Assembly (NCBI GenBank): GCA_002189035.1 | Contig: NEEC01000013.1 | Coordinates: 2,232,001-2,296,000 of the forward strand | Length of the DNA stretch: 64,000 bases | Direction of reading: 5' to 3' | DNA from: Utricularia gibba | Lineage: Eukaryota > Plantae > Magnoliophyta | In this document: positions 1-10,415 of the stretch, piece after piece | Layout of the letters: every line of letters begins with the position of its first letter | Position numbering within the stretch: position 1 is the first letter of the stretch | The notes under the pieces: generated by a model | The model's database searches: none | What the model was told of the DNA's origin: nothing | The model's input: the letters and a program-made list of their open reading frames with translations, nothing else | Program-made: the position numbers and the translations under genes

Positions 1-106
1 GGATCAACAAATGGGCACACTGATCCCTGTACGCAAGAGGCACCTTCTCCTCCACCATCTCTTCTTGCGTGGCTATCATCGTCTTCGACGAGCCCGGAAC
101 CTCCAT
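1..106 (-). CDS. NDUFB7: NADH dehydrogenase (ubiquinone) 1 beta subcomplex subunit 7 (B18); 5' part only, runs off the window
   Basis: Manual translation from ATG at 106: MEVPGSSKTMIATQEEMVEEKVPLAYRDQCAHLLI, the typical plant B18 N-terminus leading into the first CX9C cysteine. Not in the ORF track. Confidence 0.9.
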   Translation of the reverse strand, partial: MEVPGSSKTMIATQEEMVEEKVPLAYRDQCAHLLI

Positions 107-183
107 CGTCCCTCTGCAAAACCAATTCCCAATTTTCAGAACGATATATAAATATTCATTGAGCCCGTTCTGGTAGAAAACTC

Positions 184-345
184 AGCCCATAGTATCTGAA
201 ACGTGCCTTGCCGGCGGCCCGCACATTTGCTGAGCCGCTCGTCCGGGCGTTCGCCGTGACAGGGTAGAGGTGGGCGAAGGTCGGCCCATCACGTGAGCTC
301 AATCCGGCCCAGAAGGTGAAAAAGCACGGCGGAGAAACACGTGGA
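184..345. promoter_or_regulatory. Site II (TGGGCY) motifs plus G-boxes in the divergent NDUFB7/NMT promoter
   Basis: AGCCCA at 184, GGCCCA at 283 and 306, CACGTG at 290 and about 338. Site II elements are established in promoters of plant respiratory-chain genes. Confidence 0.55.
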
Positions 346-1740
346 CATCGGACCAATCTGTCCGTCCAAGAAGTTTAGGACATGTTTTAAATTATTTGAA
401 TTTAGTTAAATTATTAAATAAATATTAATATATGATACCTTTAAAATGATCTGAATAAATTTTTATACTATGATACAAATAGTTTGAACTCTTTATATAT
501 ATCATTATTTGAATAAAATCAATTGGTGAAATTATATTCATATTGTAGATGCTCATTTTTATATTAGTTTTCAAAATTAAATACAATTTGCAATTTGCAT
601 AGTCCTTTTTTTTTTTCCTTCAATGGACTGACTACATAGCGTAGGGCTGGATGCGGGTGACCACCTTTCGGTGTTCTCGATCGCTGATTGATTGAGAAAT
701 ATTCTTTCAGCCGGGATAGTTTGGGGGAGCGTTGTGCTTGGCGTCATTTTTTCAGCGATTTTTTCAACCCGCCTGAGGTATACTGTGCTGAAGACTTTAT
801 CTGATTCTTCTCGAATGCAAATATACAGCTCGATGGAGGATCTCCTTTTAATTTGCTGTGTGTTGGCTTTGTTGTTCGGTAGTTCAATTTACGGGTTTGC
901 GTTATGTGCTTGTTTTATGTTAGGCTTTTTTTTTTTTTTTTTTTGGTTTTCAATCTAGTTTTTATGGTGGTTCTTCTCACGGAACGTTTCCCACCGTGTT
1001 AACAGTTGCTTTGTCAAATTCTAAGAGAACTTTCGCGTTAAGATTTGATTCTGTTTTTGGAATTTGACACGGTTGTGTTCTAAATTTGTTCTTTTGTCCA
1101 GTTTTTTTCTGTTGAGTGAAGGTGGAACTGGAAGAGGATCCAAAGGATTCCCAGAGAGTGCTTATCTGGGAGCGAAATTTCTGGTGCTTTTGAAGCTCTT
1201 TTTTTTAAAAAAAAATCAATCATAGTTTGAATAGAATGAGTATCTCTTTGTTTAAAAATAAAAATGACTAGCTTTCTTGCCTTGACATTTTCTTGATTGA
1301 AATCCATAACCTCACTGTGCTCGTCAATAGTTTGTGGGTCTGTTTTAGGTTATTGAAATCATTGCACACATTTGCTCCTTAAGCTACTCTCATGTTTCTC
1401 TGTTCATTTCTTTTGGGTTTACATCTTTCTTTTGAACAATTTCCTCAAACTGCTTATCAGATTCTTGCGGTTCATATTTGTTTTTCCAGTCTCTTGTGGA
1501 ATACACACCAGTTCTTCTAGGTAACATGATAGCATATTAACAATTTTGTAGACTTCGAGGATGCTGGTATTCTCATTATTTTGCAAGATTCTTGCTTTGT
1601 CCTGATCTGGGTACTAGATTCCTTAGTGCTGTGCTACAACTGTCTGAATTTTCTGTTAATTGTTAAAAATTTGAATACATTTTGTGCTGATATTTGGCTT
1701 TAACTGTTTTTCTTATTATCTAGACCGGTTTTGTGAGTAA

Positions 1741-3039
1741 ATGGCTGGAGAGGATGAACGGAGTAGCAGTAATGATGCCTTGGATGATGATAATGTAGTG
1801 TCAGAACTCAAGAATGACATATCAATTGATGCCTTGGCGAAGAAGGCTCAAGAGTCTCTGTCTATGGCAAAGAGGCACAAGTTTTGGGAAACCCAACCTG
1901 TTGGCCAGTTCAAGGATCTGGGTGACACGAGTCTGCCTGAAGGTCCCATAGAACAGCCAATACCTTTATCTGAAGTCAAGCAGGAACCCTATAATCTCCC
2001 AGCTCCTTATGAGTGGATCACATGCGATATCGACTCCGAAGAAATGTGTGCAGAGGTGTACAATCTTTTGACTAATAACTATGTTGAAGATGATGAAAAC
2101 ATGTTTCGGTTCAACTACTCAAAAGAATTTCTTCGCTGGGCACTTAGGCCCCCTGGCTATCACAGGAGCTGGCATATTGGAGTGAGGGCAAAAGCTTCAA
2201 AGAAATTAGTTGCATTCATCACTGGTGTTCCTGCAAGACTCAGGGTTCACAATGAGATCGTGATGATGGCAGAGGTGAACTTTCTTTGTGTTCATAAGAA
2301 ACTCCGATCAAAAAGACTTGCTCCCGTCATGATAAAAGAAGTTACCCGGAGAGTTCACCTGGAAAATATCTGGCAGGCAGCTTACACTGCCGGCGTTGTC
2401 CTTCCTACTCCCATAACAACTTGTCAGTATTGGCACAGATCCTTGAACCCAAAGAAGCTAATCGATGTTGGGTTTTCCAGGCTTGGTGCAAGGATGACGA
2501 TGAGCCGGACTATAAAGCTCTACAAACTCCCGGAGCAGCCAGTTACCCCAGGGTTCAGAAAGATGGAAATACATGATGTTCCTGCTGTTACTCGCTTGCT
2601 GAGGAATTACCTGAAGCAGTTCATCGTGGTTCCTGATTTCTCTGAGGATGATGTTGAGCACTGGCTACTTCCCAAGGCAGACGTGGTCGACAGTTTCCTG
2701 GTTCAAAGCCCTGAAACTCATGAAATCACTGATTTCTGCAGCTTCTACACCCTCCCATCATCTGTACTTGGAAACCATACTCATTCTGTTCTGAAGGCAG
2801 CCTATTCCTACTACAACGTATCAACCAAGACCCCTCTTCTCCAGCTGATGAACGATGCTCTGATCGTCGCTAAGAAGATGGATTTCGACGTTTTTAATGC
2901 ACTTGATGTTATGCACAACGAATCCTTCCTGAAGGAGTTGAAGTTTGGACCAGGGGATGGGAAGCTCCACTACTATCTCTATAACTTCAGACTGAAGCAC
3001 GCGTTGAGGCCGTCGGAGCTTGGGCTGGTGCTTCTGTAG
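1741..3039 (+). CDS. NMT1: Glycylpeptide N-tetradecanoyltransferase (N-myristoyltransferase), single coding exon, with a 5'UTR intron at about 779-1723
   Basis: 432-aa ORF with KFWETQPV, NYVEDD..FRFNYS, EVNFLCVHKKLRSKRLAPVMIKE, FGPGDG and a GLVLL C-terminus. Confidence 0.98.
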   Translation: MAGEDERSSSNDALDDDNVVSELKNDISIDALAKKAQESLSMAKRHKFWETQPVGQFKDLGDTSLPEGPIEQPIPLSEVKQEPYNLPAPYEWITCDIDSEEMCAEVYNLLTNNYVEDDENMFRFNYSKEFLRWALRPPGYHRSWHIGVRAKASKKLVAFITGVPARLRVHNEIVMMAEVNFLCVHKKLRSKRLAPVMIKEVTRRVHLENIWQAAYTAGVVLPTPITTCQYWHRSLNPKKLIDVGFSRLGARMTMSRTIKLYKLPEQPVTPGFRKMEIHDVPAVTRLLRNYLKQFIVVPDFSEDDVEHWLLPKADVVDSFLVQSPETHEITDFCSFYTLPSSVLGNHTHSVLKAAYSYYNVSTKTPLLQLMNDALIVAKKMDFDVFNALDVMHNESFLKELKFGPGDGKLHYYLYNFRLKHALRPSELGLVLL

Positions 3040-3409
3040 ACGGAGTTTCCACCTCCGTCTCATACCCTAACACTTCTCCCTTCTGCATTGCCTGCACTTG
3101 CGTGCTTTTGAACCTCTCATTTCTCCGTACTGTGCTCAGCTTATTGTAATTTTAGTGATAAATTGATTAAAAATTAATATAAAAAGATAGATTTTATTTG
3201 AAATAGTTTTTTTAAAAATAAATTAATGCAAAGCTGTTTTTTCCCAAAATTTTGATTTAAAAAAAAACATAAATTTAAAAATGTTTTGTATTTTATTTCA
3301 TGCATTTACTGAAAATTCATTGTTAATTAATTGTAGCAAGAAACCAAGAAAGCCCTAAAAAATCAGCTACGTAATTGAATTGCCTGTGGAGTCGTTCTGT
3401 TTTGGTGGA

Positions 3410-4322
3410 ATGGCTTCGGAAACACAGAAAGGTTTGTCGTTCAATCGCTGGATTCTTTTTCAGTTTTTTCATTCCTCGCGATACCTAGACCAGATTCACT
3501 TTAATGCGATATCAGCGTACCATTTTTCGATTTTGATGCAGTGGTGGTTCATCTCAGAGCTACCGGCGATGCTCCGATTCTGAAACAAGCGAAATTCAAG
3601 GTTTTAATTGCGTTTTCTTTTTTATTTTCAGTTTATGTAATCTGACTGGACGGATTGCCTTCCGATTAGCGCCACCGTTTAAAAAGAAAAGAGACTATTA
3701 CAACTGCATGCTTGTTCTTTGAACGCCTTCAGCTTCCTTGAATCCGTTTAGTCAACATGGTGTTCATGGTTGGCGGGTTAGACTAGTTACTGTGGTAATT
3801 CGGTGCAACTTCTATGACTCTGTGATTTTTTTCGATCTCCAAAGTAACGTAGTTACAGAGTTCATTAGGGTGTGGATTCTTGAGAAGTGAGATGCTGAAT
3901 ACGCCCATATTTTTTGTCATCAAGGCTGTACTAATAGTTAGCTTTTTTTTTTTCTGATGTGCTGCAGATTGGTGGCTCGGACAAGTTCGCTAAAGTGATA
4001 GATTTTCTTCGGCGTCAGCTTCACAAAGAAACGTTGGTAGGGGCATACCTTTATATGCGTTATGATTCATTCTCTCGCATTCATGGCTTCAAATTATGCT
4101 GTCCTCTTTCAGTTTGTTTATGTGAACAGCTCTTTTTCACCAAGTCCTGATGAGCTAGTCATAGATTTGTACAATGTAAGCATCCACATTTTGTTTAGAG
4201 TTCATTGTCTGTAGATGAAAATTAGCGGCTTCTCGTTAATCCTGCATCTCGGTGCACTTCAGAACTTTGGCATTGATGGGAAACTGTTGGTGAACTACGC
4301 ATGCTCCATGGCCTGGGGATAA
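3410..4322 (+). CDS. ATG12: Autophagy ubiquitin-like protein ATG12 (5 exons, 90 aa)
   Basis: Exons 3410-3431, 3542-3600, 3968-4036, 4113-4175 and 4263-4322 splice (GT-AG) to [45 protein letters not shown]...NYACSMAWG, with the terminal Gly. Confidence 0.96.
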
Positions 4323-5088
4323 CTTCTTCCACATCCATTCTTCTCCGTGCAAAGAGGTGTGTTTATACATTATCTGAACCCTCTTCCGTATGCGGTTTTA
4401 TTCGTCGTTTTCGACTAATGGTTTGACTATGCGATGGGTTTTGATAAATCAGTAAGAGGTTGGTATGTGCATGATACATGTTGCATGTACATTCTATCTC
4501 CCAGGAACAGTCTGCAGATCGTAGCACACAGCTCCTCTGTTCATATCATTTTGTGAGCTGATGTGCAGACAGGTCACCGGTTTTGCATGTGGCTTAACAC
4601 ATTCTTTACTGTCTGTCACAAGATTCAATGAGAGCTATGCCAACCATCAATGGACGTCTTGTCTAATTTTGGAGGTACTTTGATCATTTGACTCGTGACC
4701 AGACATTAACTAGAATAACCGTCGAAGTTGGGGCCCTTCTTGTCGCTCTGTTGGGTCTCCTCCAATTCTCTCTGTTTCCGATCTCCATACCAATGCCTGA
4801 GAATTGGAGGATCGATGGCGTCCAAACACAGAGATTGTTGATCGAAAATGGCCGGAGATCGTTGATTGAAAATGGTGATTCCTGTCTTGTGAGTCCGATG
4901 CTCAGAGGTGTAATTGACGGAGGATTGTGGTACAAGATCTGGATTCTGGTTTGGTTTTTGAGGCGATCAGATTGCTGCTGCTGCATCTTGAGGTGAAACC
5001 AGATGCCTAAAGGGGCACAAGAAGAGGAAGTGTAATTGCTCTTGAGAAGGAAGCGAGTGGGGTTCGGATGTGATTTGAATTGATTTGC

Positions 5089-5480
5089 ATGGGATCGCCA
5101 TTGTTTTCTTTCTTCATCCTTGTCTTCTTATCTCTCGTTTCTCTGATGGTTGATTCCCAACATGTAAATCCGCCACCGACATTTTCCTCCCTGCCACCGC
5201 CTCCTCCACCTTCTTCACCCCGCCACCGCCTCCTCCTCCTCCTCCTCCCCCCCCCCCCCCCACCACCGCCTCCTGCTCCTCCTCTGCGTCCCCCCCACGG
5301 CCGAGGAGGCATCCCCCTCCGCAACTCGCTCTGAATCCTCCTCCCCCAGTAAAGGAGAAACTCAACACGGGGAAGAAAGTCGGGCTGATGTTTATCGGAT
5401 TTGCAGGGGTTATGCAAATCAGCGTGGTCACCTTTTTGCTCATAAGAAGAAAGCAACTTCACGATGAAGAAGGTTTTTGA
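5089..5480 (+). CDS. Proline-rich single-pass membrane protein (signal peptide, poly-Pro, C-terminal TM) with a 1-nt frameshift as given
   Basis: The ATG5089 frame gives the signal peptide MGSPLFSFFILVFLSLVSLMVDS. A second frame gives PPPPVKEKLNTGKKVGLMFIGFAGVMQISVVTFLLIRRKQL..* (TGA 5478-5480). The span is 392 nt, one short of in-frame. Confidence 0.7.
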
Positions 5481-6001
5481 GTACTGAGAGAACGAACTGG
5501 GTACCCTCTCCTAGCTTCCTCTTCATTCCTCACTCCCGACTTGCTAACAACACCAAAAAGTGCTGCTCCGATTTGAGTGTGCGGCTCCATTCCTTGAAGC
5601 TCTCTTGTTGGCCGCGCCCTTCTTCCGCATAGGTCGAATCATCGATTACACAGTAGCGCTTGTTAACCATTCCAAGCATGTCTCGGCACTCTCAAGTCTA
5701 CAACCCTTCAACTGAAGAAGAAGTCAACTTCATTTTCTTTGCAACATGTAGAAAAAATCTTCGTGATTTGAAAGACGGACTAACCGTAATTGTGTAGTGA
5801 AATCTCCATTATTCTTTTCAAATCTATACAATCCCGTAGAGTAGAAGTCAACATTAAACAGTGAAGAACAGGCCACAGACTGAAATCGTTAACCAGTCGC
5901 GGAATTAGGTTCTCTATGTACAAACTTCACCGCAGACACCACCACGGAAATCGAGTTTCGTCAACCAGATCCAGATTTCAGTCCGCCTCCCCATTGCAGA
6001 A

Positions 6002-6190
6002 TCAAAATCTGGAGAAGAGTCTGGCGTAAGCGTACCTCAAGCGTGGATACATCCTCCCTGCCTGCGCGCTACTCTCCTTCCAGATCATCTCCATCGTCTC
6101 CATGAACGGATTCAAGCTTCGGATCGGAGGGATGTAGAGCGTCAACGGAACCGCAGAAAAGGCAACCGCGAAGAACAGCTCTATCACCAT
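6002..6190 (-). CDS. Small (62 aa) conserved plant protein of unknown function with a hydrophobic N-terminus
   Basis: MVIELFFAVAFSAVPLTLYIPPIRSLNPFMETMEMIWKES...YPRLRYAYARLFSRF. The AVAFSAVPLTLYxPPIRSLN motif is recalled from an uncharacterised plant family. The second ATG of ORF 6002-6220 is the preferred start. Confidence 0.7.
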   Translation of the reverse strand: MVIELFFAVAFSAVPLTLYIPPIRSLNPFMETMEMIWKESSAQAGRMYPRLRYAYARLFSRF

Positions 6191-7621
6191 TTCTGTGCCC
6201 TGGAATCCGTGGTTGTTCATTGAATTCGGTGGATGATTATAGGAAATAAAAAATGAACAGGATAACGAATAGAAGAGATAGGATAGGGGCGAGGCGCGCG
6301 TGAGCCAAAAAGAAGCGAAAGGCGAGTGGATGGACCCGGTCGTAGCTTTTACCTCAATTCATCCGGATGAAACTGAATCTATTCAACAGTATGTTAACTA
6401 TTTAATTGAAATTTATTAGTTTTAAATGTTTTAAAAGGCTAAATCTATTTTTCAGTTTAATCATAATTTTGGGTTAATTTTTTTATAATAAATTAAACTG
6501 AATATTTCAAAATATTATTTAAATATATTAAATCTATTTTCTGTTTAAACATGTGTTTGAGTTAAACCGAATCTAAATTCATGTTAAACCTAAAATACAA
6601 CATCTTTAAGATAGTAAATAGAATAATAAAAAAGGTTAATAATATATTAGAATGGTATTACTAAAGTGGAATATAATTAAAGTTAAACATTATTTTTAAT
6701 TGTAAGATATATTTCATATAATGTTGTAGTAATATATTTATAAAATTTTATTAAATCAAATAATTTTCCTCATTTAAATCAAATTCCTGACATTGAGAAA
6801 TACAGGAATGCAACTTGTATTTCGAAAATAGTCAATTTATATTACGTTTTTTCATAATGTGAGATATTGCTGTAATTTCAAATTGTATTTAGCATTTTAT
6901 CTTTAAATTCATATATGTAATTTGATTTAAAATTATAAATGTATGTTATAATATATTTTAAAAATATCAAATTAAAATAATTTTTAAAATTACAAATGTA
7001 TGTTATAATGAATTAAAAAATAATTTTAAATATTAAAAGTGCGAAGAAAATCGCAAGAGAAATTAAAATTTGACGATATTTAATATTATTCAAAATAGTA
7101 TATTTTGATATTATTTCCACTAAAAAGTAATACTTTTCGAAAAGTACGGATCTACAAGACTCTTTGGTATATACCATGGTTAACCGAGTCAGCTCGTTAG
7201 GCCCCACTGCCAGTCTAAACTGGGCCGGTTCGAGTTACTTTCTCTGGACCGGGCACGGTGAATATTGATATGAATATAATTACTGTTACTTTGACCCCGA
7301 GTAGCTCCCTTTACGTGGATCGCTGTAATTATTTTAATTCACGTGTCATATTTAAAAAATCCACACAGAATTTCAATGTTATATTCAATATTATTATTAT
7401 TATTTTAAATTGCCCCCTTGATATCTCGTTCCTTTTTCTTAGATTTTTTTTCGTTGATTTCACATTAAGCGAAATGGCTTTCTTACACGAAAAATAATAA
7501 AAATGTGAATTGAAATTATTATTTTTTTACATTTAATGTAATTTTTTTCTCTCTCTATATAGCGTGATTGAGAAGAGAGAGAAAGGGAGAGAAATCAGAG
7601 GTGTTGGTCGGCGAAGACAAG

Positions 7622-9133
7622 ATGTGGGAGGGATGCGATTTTCGTTTGGATCCATGGGGAGCGTCGCCGGCGTATCCGGCAGTTGTGCACGGCGGCGTTC
7701 ATGTTCTGGTGGTGGATCACGACAAGGAGGGGCTTTGCTACACGACCAACATGCTGGTGCAGTGCGGGTATCAAGGTTGGGTTCGGTTGGGCTGGATGCA
7801 TGATCATTGAGTTTAATCAACGCTGCAATCCGATGGTGATTTTCATTTTTTTTTCTGTGTATGTGTGTTCAGTCACTCCGATAGAGTACGCTTCGCCGGC
7901 ACTGGGGCTGCTGTACAGTGGGGAGTCCAATTTCGATGCCGTGATCGCCCCCGACGTATCTCCAGATCCGAGTAACTCCATCCTGGTGCAGAACGCCGTC
8001 GCCATGGGGATCCCGGTGGCTCGTAAGTTCCCATCGGGATCGGAACCTGGGTGAGTGATTGACTGAAGTGGTGTGTGTATCTGTGTTGTGCAGTGATGAC
8101 GGTGGACGACAATCAAGGCGCCGTGGTGAAGGCTTTGGAGAGGGGAGCGTTTCTGTGCATGAAAAAGCCGGCCACGATGAAAGTGCTGGGCGTACTCTGG
8201 CAGCATGTGGTCAGGGAGAGGATGAGGACTCTGAGGGAACGGGACGCTATGATGGCGGCGACGGCGGATCTCCGGTTTGCGGAGGGCCCGAGTTCGGATT
8301 ACGCTCATAAGGTAAGTGGGAGAAAGAAGCACGGATATTATCAGCAGCAGCAGAGCACTAGCAACAATATCAGAAAAAAGATGTGTACCGATTGGACGGA
8401 GGAACTGCACGCCAAGTTCGTGGCGGCCTGCAATGAGTTCCCCGACGGAAGTACGTTCGCCGGAAACTAATTCCTTTTAACGTACTAAAATACCTACATC
8501 CCTTGTTCCTCTGATTGTTTTCTTTGATGATCATTCCTGAAGCAGAGTGCTTCCCCAAGGAAATCATGGAGAAGATGAAGGTGGAGGGGCTCACCAGAAT
8601 GCAAGTCGCCAGCCACCTACAGGTTTCCCTCAATTTCCGATATCTCATAATTGTTCGATTTCGACAAATTGGTCTGAGAATTACATTAAAATTATTAAAT
8701 CTCTGCGTAGAAATGCCGCAACGAGAACTGGAAGTCGCCGGACCAACGGAGGAACCAGGGCGCGAACTCGCCGTCGGGTTCGAATCCCGGTTCGAACCAA
8801 CCGCGACCGCGAAGGTTCGGCGCGAAGCCAGTGTTCAATAAGCACAACCCCAGCAGCCCGTCCATATCCAGCCGTACAGAGAATTGCAGCAGCACGCAGC
8901 CCCCTTCCTCCATCGCCGACTCCGGTGACCGGTCTCTGCCGCCAAACCGATCCCAAGACACGATCCACAACCCGCCGGCCCCGTACTCGAGGTATCCTCA
9001 GCAACCAGGTAATGAATACACTCCCGAATCACTTCATATTGCAGTTGAAAGTCAGCGTTGTTTCACTACAGATGGAGATGTAAAGCCGCCATTGACTTTG
9101 AGCTTTTTGCCTCCGGCCGAGAAAGAGAAGTAG
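7622..9133 (+). CDS. B-type-like (pseudo) response regulator, copy 1: degenerate receiver plus GARP/Myb-like domain
   Basis: Exons 7622-7775, 7873-8022, 8094-8450, 8546-8622, 8711-about 9008 and a last exon to 9133. Motifs HVLVVDHD, DAVIAPDVSPD, KKP..LWQHVVRE, WTEELHAKFV and GLTRMQVASHLQKCR. Confidence 0.85.
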
Positions 9134-10415
9134 CAGAACGCCGATGTGCGAGCCGCCCGTTTGCAGGCTCCGGTTACATATGATCCAGAAATATATGGGA
9201 TTTTTAGGGTTTATACATATAAATATATACTTATTAATTATGTTGCGTAGAAAACGTGCATATTTCGAAATATAATATATTTAATTAAATAAAAAATATT
9301 GGACTATGAAAATGCTCTATCATATCCGATCATGCCGCATGAAATTTCGGATTTTTTTTTGCTATAATAAATTACTGGGGCTTTTTTTTGAATGGCTTTT
9401 GCACGAAATAAATTAGCTTTTTTGAATTAATTTGGATCACTACCCTTATTTTGTTTATAATACTTATATGTGTAATTACTTTATTACCCTGCTGTATTTT
9501 TGTTTATTTTTACAGTAAAAAAATAAAAAATACCTAATTATAAGTATTTCAAATTTAGTTATTACATATTTTATAATTCTGAAAAACATTAAATAAATAA
9601 AATATACATTAGTATATATTAATAACTCATAATATATATTATTTAATTATAAAGATGAATATTCTATTTGTGTGAATTATTTATCATTTTTTCGATTCTA
9701 AATAGTCTAAAATACAATATAGTGATACGATTTTTTTATGATACCATGTAAATACGGCGCCATACTAAACATTCTCGTTTTGTTTTATCGTATTTTGGAT
9801 TAATTGAAATGATTATATTATACAATAATGTGTTAGTAACAGGATTAACTTTAAAAATACTTCATTCATATAATTTTGTATAAATATGATATAAAATGAT
9901 TAATAATTATTTTTTAAAAAAAGACCATATGCATCACATGTTTATTTAAACCCAGGGATGATTTATTATTATTCATATTCTAAAGCGGTAAAAACATCAT
10001 CAACATTCCTATTTATCCATTTGACTGAGCAAGTAAAAGCTTGCTATGAGCATAACAAATATGCTACTCGCAAAATGGGAGCAGTTACTGTGTATTTTGA
10101 CCACCAGAGGAAAGATTTTTACCGCCTGGGTGCAAATTATTACTGCAAATTACCAGTCAAACACACGAAATCTACTTGCAAATTGCAATGTTACGCTCTT
10201 GAAATTTATACAATAACATTACTTGCAATTACCCATTGTTATCCCACTTGCTTTTTTATTTTTATTTTTCCCATTTGATTAAAAATATATAGGAATAATA
10301 AATACTAATTGATTAAAAATATAATACAGGGGTTTGATTCTTCTTCTATATATGTATCGCGTACCGATGCGGGATTAGGAGGATTCGTTTAGAGAGAGCG
10401 GCAGCTGAGGAAGTG

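Noticed and set aside
692-958. 88-aa hydrophobic ORF upstream of NMT1
   Set aside because: It has a non-ATG start and runs through the 5'UTR exon into the T-rich intron, so the hydrophobicity reflects U-richness.
8777-8787. GGTTCGAATCC, a tRNA T-loop/B-box-like motif
   Set aside because: It lies inside coding exon 5 of RR copy 1 (GSNPGSN) and there is no cloverleaf around it.
9958-10278. 106-aa ORF between the RR paralogs
   Set aside because: AT-rich, with no recognisable motif or coding-like composition.
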